Below, one piece after another: positions 57,605 through 64,000 of a stretch of DNA of 64,000 bases (position 1 is the first letter of the stretch; each line of letters starts with the position of its first letter). Under the pieces are notes generated by a model. The model worked only from the letters and a program-made list of their open reading frames with translations. It ran no database searches and had not been told where the DNA came from. The position numbers were made by a program, and so were the translations under genes. Source of the DNA: an uncultured virus (IMG/VR IMGVR_UViG_2775507110_000002) (Duplodnaviria; Heunggongvirae; Uroviricota; Caudoviricetes); the IMG/VR virus record IMGVR_UViG_2775507110_000002; one strand, 5' to 3'.

Positions 57605-58077
57605 ACATGACCAGCGGCACCCGCAGCCCCTTCGGGCTGTGGTCCAGCACCGACGTCGTCCCCACCACCCTCCCGGTCGACCTCCCCACCAACACGTGGC
57701 GCACCATCCTGCGCACCGTCGTCCCCGTCACCGCCGGGGACCTCCTCGACATCGACGCCCGCGCCCGCTTCACCAACGACTGCGGCTACAACATCGGCGT
57801 CGGCCACCACCTGTGGGCCTACGACTGCGACTCCGGTCTCGGCACAGCAGGCGACTGGTGGCGTATCGGCCCGAGCAGCGGCGACAACGTCGACCCGCAA
57901 CGCCACCACCTGCCCGTCCACAACAGTGCTGTTTACGAGGTCCCAGCGGACTGGCCGGACGGGCACCGCATCGTCATCGTGCTCCGCGCCGACGCCCACT
58001 CCACCGCGGCGAAAGCCAGCCACACGCTGACCGTCGACCCGCTGGGGGTCCTCACCGTCCGCCGCTGGTCCCACTGA
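57601..58077 (+). CDS. Hypothetical protein
   Basis: GTGA coupling; beta-rich. Confidence 0.65.
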   Translation: MNMTSGTRSPFGLWSSTDVVPTTLPVDLPTNTWRTILRTVVPVTAGDLLDIDARARFTNDCGYNIGVGHHLWAYDCDSGLGTAGDWWRIGPSSGDNVDPQRHHLPVHNSAVYEVPADWPDGHRIVIVLRADAHSTAAKASHTLTVDPLGVLTVRRWSH

Positions 58078-58231
58078 CCAGGGGGAGCACCTGGCCCGCA
58101 CACCCGTACGCTGATCCGTAGGGCGACCCTCCGCCCCGCACCACCCCCGAGGGACTGCCACCCGGCCCCGGCCGGCGCAGCACGCCAACCACATTTGCTC
58201 TGGGCGCGGGGAGTGCAGGAGCACGGGCACG

Positions 58232-59056
58232 GTGCCCACCGATCTCACGATCCGCACGTACGAGACAGCTCCCGGCCTCGGCCGGCACATGGTCCTGGAC
58301 CCGCGGAGTCTCGCCTACCGGCGCCCGTACGACGGGCAGCCGCTACGCGCCACCGCGTGGGAACCCCGCCTGCCCGTTCTTGACCAGCGCAACCTGATCG
58401 CCCAGGGCATCCACACCGCGGACGCCTACGGTCTCGAGTCGGACACCGACGCACTCGCGTCGTGCACCGGCAACGCGGCCACCGCCCTCCTGTCGATCCT
58501 CCTCACCCCCGAGCAGGCTCACGCCGCAGCCCTGAACCTCGCGGATGCGGCGATGGCGCAGCATTTCGCGATCGGTCTGTACGCCGATGCCACCGCTTGC
58601 GACCAGTGGTCCGAGTACGCGTGGCCCACCCAGGACGTCGGCTCGTCCGGCCTCGGCGTCGCCAAAGCCATGCGCGCACGCGGGCTGATCGACCAGTACG
58701 GGCACGCCACCACCGCCGAGGAACTCTGCGCCCTCTTGCAGACCGGGCCGGTCCTCCTCGGCATGCCCTGGCATGCCGCTTTCAGCAGCCCGGACCCGGA
58801 CGGCTTCATCGACACCGACCCGGCGTGGGCGGACTCGCCTCTGGAGGGCGGCCACGAGGTATGCGTCACCGCCCTCGAAACCGTAGCCCTCGACGACGGC
58901 ACCCTCATGCCCGAGCACTCGATCTTGCGCTTCAGGAACTCACATGGCGCCGCGTGGGGGGACCACGGCGACGGCCGGCTCCGCCTCTCCACGTACCTGG
59001 CCATCCGCGACCAGGCCGACGTCATCCAGCCCCGAAAGGACGGAGTCCTCCTGTGA
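58232..59056 (+). CDS. Papain-like (C1) cysteine peptidase
   Basis: DQ...SCTGNA, GGHEV, FRNSHG..WG..G. Confidence 0.8.
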   Translation: MPTDLTIRTYETAPGLGRHMVLDPRSLAYRRPYDGQPLRATAWEPRLPVLDQRNLIAQGIHTADAYGLESDTDALASCTGNAATALLSILLTPEQAHAAALNLADAAMAQHFAIGLYADATACDQWSEYAWPTQDVGSSGLGVAKAMRARGLIDQYGHATTAEELCALLQTGPVLLGMPWHAAFSSPDPDGFIDTDPAWADSPLEGGHEVCVTALETVALDDGTLMPEHSILRFRNSHGAAWGDHGDGRLRLSTYLAIRDQADVIQPRKDGVLL

Positions 59057-60444
59057 CCACCTTCCACGCCGCGGTCGACCACATCGACCCCGGCGACGAC
59101 ACCCTCACCCCGACCACCACCTACCTCGGCACCGTCGACCAGGCCCATGTCGACGAGGTCCGTGCCATCGCCGAGCTCACGGACTCTGAGCGGTGGGTGA
59201 AGGACCACCCGCGGCTCGCCGGGGCGTTTTGCGTGCTGCGGGACGACGGCGACCTCGATGTGTACGTGCCGACGGACGCCGCCGACTACCGCGTCTACGA
59301 ACCCGACCCCGCACCGAAGGGCGGCTTCGCCACCGGCGGGGTCGTCGAGTCCGAAGCCATGGCAGTCGTGGGGGAGGAGGGCCCCGAGGAGTACGTGCCT
59401 CTGCCGCGCGGGGCGGCAGGCCCGGCGTACATCGACGGCGTGGTCCGCTTCGGCGGCCAGTCCATCGGTGGCGCCATGGACACCCCCGGCAACCCGCCCC
59501 GCTTTACCTGGCACACCACCGAGTCCCCGGCTGGCGGGAACTACTTCCGGTCGATCGCCGCCTACCTCATACGCGTGGGCGCCGAACCGCAGGTCATCTA
59601 CGATCCGGTCACGGACGAGCTCGGCCAGTTCGGGCCGCTCACCAAGTCCGGGCGCGCTCTCCGCAACGACGGCTCCCGCCGCACGAACCGTGAGGGCAAG
59701 GTCAACATCCAGGTCGAGGTCCTCGGCAAGGCCGCCTCCCCGTGGACGAAGAACTTCGACCCGGCTAAGAAGCCGAACTTCCGGAAGCTCCTCGCCGCCG
59801 GCCGCGCCCACGGCATCCCCGACACGTGGCCGGCCGGGAAGCCCGCCGCCACCGCCGCAGCGGCCACCAACCGCAGCCGTACGACGTGGCAGTCCAAGGG
59901 CGGCCACTTCGGGCACTCCCAGGTGCCGGGCAACGACCACTGGGATCCGGGCGGCATCGACACCAGCATCGTCCCGGGCAAGCCGTCCAGCGGCGGTAGC
60001 TCGGGCTCCGGCGGCGAGGCTTCGACGGGCACGTACACCGTGAAGAAGGGCGACACCCTCTCCGGGATCGCGGCCGCGCACAAGACGACGGTCGCCGCCC
60101 TGGTGAAGCTGAACGGGCTCAAGGACCCGAACAAGCTCGCCGTCGGCCAGAAGCTCAAGGTGTCCGGCAGTGCCTCGTCGAAGCCTTCCGCGCAGCCGCT
60201 CCAGCCGTTCCCCGGGGCCGCGTTCTTCCACGGCGGCCGCCACAGCCCGATCATCACCGCCATGGGCCGTCGGCTCGTTGCCGAGGGCTGCGGCAAGTAC
60301 AAGTCCGGTCCCGGCCCGAACTGGACCAACGCAGACAAGGCGTCCTACGCCGCGTGGCAGCGCAAGCTCGGCTACTCCGGCGCGGACGCCGACGGCATCC
60401 CCGGCAAGTCCTCCTGGGACGCCCTCAAGGTACCCAAGTCCTGA
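59053..60444 (+). CDS. Endolysin: amidase_2-like, LysM and peptidoglycan-binding domains
   Basis: [41 protein letters not shown]...ADGIPG. Confidence 0.9.
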   Translation: MTTFHAAVDHIDPGDDTLTPTTTYLGTVDQAHVDEVRAIAELTDSERWVKDHPRLAGAFCVLRDDGDLDVYVPTDAADYRVYEPDPAPKGGFATGGVVESEAMAVVGEEGPEEYVPLPRGAAGPAYIDGVVRFGGQSIGGAMDTPGNPPRFTWHTTESPAGGNYFRSIAAYLIRVGAEPQVIYDPVTDELGQFGPLTKSGRALRNDGSRRTNREGKVNIQVEVLGKAASPWTKNFDPAKKPNFRKLLAAGRAHGIPDTWPAGKPAATAAAATNRSRTTWQSKGGHFGHSQVPGNDHWDPGGIDTSIVPGKPSSGGSSGSGGEASTGTYTVKKGDTLSGIAAAHKTTVAALVKLNGLKDPNKLAVGQKLKVSGSASSKPSAQPLQPFPGAAFFHGGRHSPIITAMGRRLVAEGCGKYKSGPGPNWTNADKASYAAWQRKLGYSGADADGIPGKSSWDALKVPKS

Positions 60445-60480
60445 CCACCACCAGCCCCTCCCAACTCTCAAGGAGCCACC

Positions 60481-60849
60481 GTGAACACCCCCAGAATCTT
60501 CGGCCGGGAGCCGTCAGCGATCCTCGGCCTTGTCGCCGTCGCCGTCCAGTTCTTCTCCGCGTTCGTGATGGAGGTCAGCCAGGACACGCAGACCGCGGTC
60601 AACGCGGTCGCGGCGGCCGCCGTCGGCCTGGCCGTGGCGTGGATCGTCCGCGACGGCGTCATCGCCGCTGTTACCGGCCTCGCCGCGGCAGCCCTGGCGC
60701 TCGGCATGAACCTCGGCCTGGACTGGTCGGCGGATCGGCAGGCCGCATGGATGGCCGCCGTCATGGTCGCCGCTCAGTGGTTCGTTCGTACCCAGGTCAC
60801 AGCCCCCGCTCCGCCCAACCCGGCCAAGGCCGCTGTCGCCGCGCCCTGA
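60481..60849 (+). CDS. Holin-like membrane protein
   Basis: IFGREP, several TMs, FVRTQVT; follows endolysin. Confidence 0.75.
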   Translation: MNTPRIFGREPSAILGLVAVAVQFFSAFVMEVSQDTQTAVNAVAAAAVGLAVAWIVRDGVIAAVTGLAAAALALGMNLGLDWSADRQAAWMAAVMVAAQWFVRTQVTAPAPPNPAKAAVAAP

Positions 60850-60887
60850 GCAGACCCACCCGTGCAGATACCTAGAGGGGGCCGCCC

Positions 60888-61178
60888 GTGACCGCCGACC
60901 TGATGGGCATCGACATCGCCCAAGGCGGGGCCGTCGCTCTCCTCACCCTCGTCGTCCTCATGGTCCTCACCGGGCGCCTCGTGCCCCGCAGGACCTACGA
61001 CGACCTGCTGAAAGAGCGCGATACCTGGAGGGAGGCGCACACGGTGTCCGAGGCTGCACGGACGTCGGAGCGCGACCAGACCAAGGAACTGCTGGAACTG
61101 TCCCGCACGTCCGCGCACGCGCTGCAGGCGCTGCCGCGTATGGGGCTTGAGGAAGATTCGGAGGTGGACGCCCGGTGA
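60888..61178 (+). CDS. Lysis-region TM plus coiled-coil protein
   Basis: One TM, GRLVPR, coiled coil. Confidence 0.7.
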   Translation: MTADLMGIDIAQGGAVALLTLVVLMVLTGRLVPRRTYDDLLKERDTWREAHTVSEAARTSERDQTKELLELSRTSAHALQALPRMGLEEDSEVDAR

Positions 61179-61384
61179 AGTGGTTCAAGCGCTTGCGCTG
61201 GCCGTCCACCTCGGATGGGCAGGAGGCCGCCGAGTCCGCGCTGCGACGGGCGAAGGCGGCACGCAAGGAGGCTGAGGAACGGCATCCCGCTGTGACCGAG
61301 GCCGCTGGGGCGCTCCGCGCGGCCCGGCAGGAGAACCACTTCGCAGCGCGCTTCCGCGCATCCATAGAGGGGAGATCGGCGTGA
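61175..61384 (+). CDS. Small lysis-region protein
   Basis: GGAGG RBS; ENHFA motif. Confidence 0.65.
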   Translation: MKWFKRLRWPSTSDGQEAAESALRRAKAARKEAEERHPAVTEAAGALRAARQENHFAARFRASIEGRSA

Positions 61385-61728
61385 GCCCTGCGCAGATCCT
61401 CAACCTGGCGGTCAGCGCCCTCGTGTTCCTGTGCTCCCTGGTGTTCGTCGTCACCTATCACGTGATGGCTCCGTGGCGGCGGACACCCATGGGATGGCAC
61501 CTGATGCTGTTCACCGCGGCGATCGGCCTTCTCGGCCTGTACACCGTCGTCGTCACCATCACCGGCCTCGACGGCACCCCCGCCATGGTCCTGCGGTACA
61601 TCCGGTCCGCCCTGCTGCTCCTCGTCGCGGGGCTGATGCTCCAGCGGACGTGGATGGTGTGGACCGCCCAGCACCGGCCGGCCCCGGCCGCCGCCACCTC
61701 CGATAGTCGTACGGGAGACACTCCATGA
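61381..61728 (+). CDS. Three-TM putative holin
   Basis: Three TMs, APWRRTPMG. Confidence 0.7.
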   Translation: MSPAQILNLAVSALVFLCSLVFVVTYHVMAPWRRTPMGWHLMLFTAAIGLLGLYTVVVTITGLDGTPAMVLRYIRSALLLLVAGLMLQRTWMVWTAQHRPAPAAATSDSRTGDTP

Positions 61729-63857
61729 CCACGGTGACGGGCAAGCTGGTCGGCGGGATCCCGTCGCAGACCCGGATCGAGATCGAGCTGGTCGACGTCA
61801 CCGGCACGCGGGCGATCGGGTACGCCGGCGGCGAGGAGGCGGAGGTCGTCCGTCCCGTGCCGGTGAAGCCGCAGGAGGACGGCACCTGGTCCGCGGACCT
61901 GATCCCGAACGCCCTGATCCAGGCGGATGCGGGGGACACGGTGTGGGCGGTGATGGAGGGCCGCTCGTACGACGGCACTCCGGTCATGACGTACATCGTG
62001 GTCCCGGAGACTGGCGGCCCGCACTGGGTGGGGGATTTGCGGGTCGACCTGGGGGACGCCCCGACCGGGGGCAGCACCATCGTGTACGTGCCGGGCCCGG
62101 CGGGGGACGACGGGCAGGACGGTGCGGACGGCCTGTCGGCTTACGAGGTGTGGCTGGAGGCCGGGAACACCGGCACCGAGGCGGACTATCTGGCGTCGCT
62201 GGTTGGCCCGTCGGGGGCGGCGGAGGCCCAGGAGTACACGGACACCGCCGTCGCTGCGGAGGCGGCGCGCGCGGACGAGGCGTACGACCCGGCCGGCGCG
62301 GCAGGGGCCGCCTTCACCGCAGCTGTCGACGCCGCATCGTCCGACGCCGCCACCAAGGCCGCTACCGCCCGAGACGCTGCGATCGCCTCGGCAGCACAGG
62401 ACGCGGCCACCAAGGCGGGTAACGCCCAGTCGGCAGCAGTACAGGCTGCGGCAGTGGCAGCTGCCGGTCTCTACCTCCCCAAGGCCCTGTTGACGGTCGA
62501 TGCCTTCATGTCCCAGCCCGGCACGAAGGTCTTCGGACACAGGGGTGCGGGGATGGTGGCACCGGAGCACACCGAGGCCGCCTACGACTACGCAATCGCC
62601 CACGGCATCCAGGCCATGGAACTCAGCGTCAACGTCGACAGCGAGGGCCAGCTGTGGTGCCTCCACGACCTGACGCTCGACCGGACGACGTACAACACCG
62701 GGGCACTCAACACGTATCCGTCGACCGGGGTCGCCCAGCGGATCCTGACGAACGGCCGGGTGATGCTTGGCCAGGGCTGGACGGATCAGCCGATGGTGCC
62801 GCTCCGGCGGATGCTCGACAAATACCTCGGGAAGGTCGTGCTCTTCGTCGAGCCCAAGGGCAACGACGCCGTCGTCCCGCTCCAAAACCTCCTGGCCACG
62901 TCGTACCCGCACGCGAACCAGTCGGTGATCTGGAAGGCGCACGTCGGCACAAGCTTCGTCTGGCCGAAGAACAACGGGTTCCGGACCTGGTGCTACGTGA
63001 ATGACGACTCCGAGAACTCGGCGCTCGACGCCAAAGACTCCCTGGTGGACTACTGGGGTGTCTCCACATCGATGCCGTCCGCTCGGCGCAAGGAGATCGT
63101 GCAGCGGCCGGGAAGCAAGCCCGTCTTCAGCTGGCCGGTGTACCGCCGGTGGCAGCGGGCCGCCCTGGAGGCTGACGGAGTGGTCGGGCTCATGTCGTCG
63201 GACCCGGTGTACGTGCGCGGCACCACCGCCCAGGCCACCGCGTCCCGGTGGGACCAGCAGGTCAAGGAGTCCGGCGGAACCCCGCAGACCGACTACAACG
63301 TCGACGCGGCGTTGAAGTTCTCCGAGACCGGCGGATGGGTGTCCATCAACCGGTCCCGCGGTACGTACGGGCTCGGCCGGTACTGCCCGATCGTCTCCGG
63401 GGCCGGCGGGTACCGCATCCAGGTCGAGATGAAGTACGACCAGATCAGCAGCGACCTCAACGTCCACGGCGGCCTCTACCTGGGGAAGGCCAGCGACGAC
63501 CCGTACGAGTTCAACACGATCAACCCGAGCAACGGCTATCACCTGATCCTCCGCCACAACGGGGTTCTCCGCCTGTACCGGCATGTGACGACGCAGACGG
63601 GCGGCATCTTGCTCGGCGCGGGGGACATCGGGACTGACGCTCCTGTGGCGGGCCAGTCGATGACCATTCAGGTGGACGTGACGCCTACGACGATCGAGGC
63701 GCGGCGGCTGGGCAATCCACTGTGGACGACGGGGCCTATCTCGGAGACGAATCCGAACGACCGCTACCGGGGCGGCTACTTCGGGTTGAGTAACGGCAGC
63801 ATCAGCGACACGGCGGTGCGCCCGTTCTGGCGGAACCTGGTGATCACGCAGCTGTAG
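61725..63857 (+). CDS. Virion appendage-like protein with GDPD domain
   Basis: Collagen-like GPAG..GADG.SAYEVW...G..GTE; GHRGAG..APEHT, E.SV, HD.TLDRTT, VEPK. Confidence 0.85.
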   Translation: MTTVTGKLVGGIPSQTRIEIELVDVTGTRAIGYAGGEEAEVVRPVPVKPQEDGTWSADLIPNALIQADAGDTVWAVMEGRSYDGTPVMTYIVVPETGGPHWVGDLRVDLGDAPTGGSTIVYVPGPAGDDGQDGADGLSAYEVWLEAGNTGTEADYLASLVGPSGAAEAQEYTDTAVAAEAARADEAYDPAGAAGAAFTAAVDAASSDAATKAATARDAAIASAAQDAATKAGNAQSAAVQAAAVAAAGLYLPKALLTVDAFMSQPGTKVFGHRGAGMVAPEHTEAAYDYAIAHGIQAMELSVNVDSEGQLWCLHDLTLDRTTYNTGALNTYPSTGVAQRILTNGRVMLGQGWTDQPMVPLRRMLDKYLGKVVLFVEPKGNDAVVPLQNLLATSYPHANQSVIWKAHVGTSFVWPKNNGFRTWCYVNDDSENSALDAKDSLVDYWGVSTSMPSARRKEIVQRPGSKPVFSWPVYRRWQRAALEADGVVGLMSSDPVYVRGTTAQATASRWDQQVKESGGTPQTDYNVDAALKFSETGGWVSINRSRGTYGLGRYCPIVSGAGGYRIQVEMKYDQISSDLNVHGGLYLGKASDDPYEFNTINPSNGYHLILRHNGVLRLYRHVTTQTGGILLGAGDIGTDAPVAGQSMTIQVDVTPTTIEARRLGNPLWTTGPISETNPNDRYRGGYFGLSNGSISDTAVRPFWRNLVITQL

Positions 63858-64000
63858 GGGAGGGGGGGGGCGGGAGTCCGGGCCATCCTCGCTGTCCTAT
63901 AACTTTGCGACATTAATAACGTGATCTTGCTCAGCTCTCCGGCAGCGCCGCACCCCCTCTGATCTGCCATCCTCGGCCCGTCTCAACGGACAAGCAGCAG

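Larger units (their letters stand above)
1..63857. mobile_element. Streptomyces-type temperate siphovirus / plasmid-phage region (ends not visible)
   Basis: Contiguous terminase, portal, capsid, tail, tape measure and lysis genes plus replication, accessory and TraB modules; no host housekeeping operon in the window. Confidence 0.93.

Noticed and set aside
63857..63875. Poly-G tract after the GDPD gene as a phase-variation site
   Set aside because: Intergenic at the window edge with no visible target; may be a sequencing homopolymer or part of a terminator
1..64000. CRISPR array, tRNA or rRNA genes
   Set aside because: No regular repeat-spacer series or recognisable structural RNA gene seen by eye; the repeats found are 5-23 bp and lack unique spacers
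1..64000. Integrase, att sites or parAB
   Set aside because: No recombinase or partition ATPase motifs recognised; they may lie outside the window

Overview
This GC-rich window (actinobacterial, Streptomyces-like gene content) is almost entirely one temperate siphovirus-like element that also carries a Streptomyces plasmid-type conjugation region. Layout: (1-9.5 kb, +) early/accessory genes including an HTH protein, ssb, a LuxR-type HTH, a NERD nuclease and thyX; (9.5-24 kb, -) an accessory arm with an intact type III polyketide synthase next to an MmyB-like XRE/PAS regulator, a stand-alone FtsK-gamma protein, a PAPS-reductase-like protein, a beta-class DNA methyltransferase and a DCL/DUF3223-like protein, then dnaB, an iteron-containing initiator and a wHTH/GIY-YIG protein; (24.4-25.2 kb, -) a GntR/KorSA-like repressor; (25.3-34.3 kb, +) a transfer/spread module (SpdB2-like, TraA-like, TraB FtsK-like translocase, SpdD-like) with two repeat arrays; (36-63.9 kb, +) packaging, head, tail and lysis genes ending in a GDPD-containing appendage protein. 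No integrase, att site, tRNA, rRNA or CRISPR array was seen, so prophage versus plasmid-phage cannot be decided here. Best leads: the PKS/MmyB pair as a possible phage small-molecule signalling circuit, the virion plus TraB hybrid, a three-copy operator/promoter regulon, and an unannotated 32-aa type I toxin-like gene between terminase and portal. All product calls come from motif recognition by eye; no searches were run.
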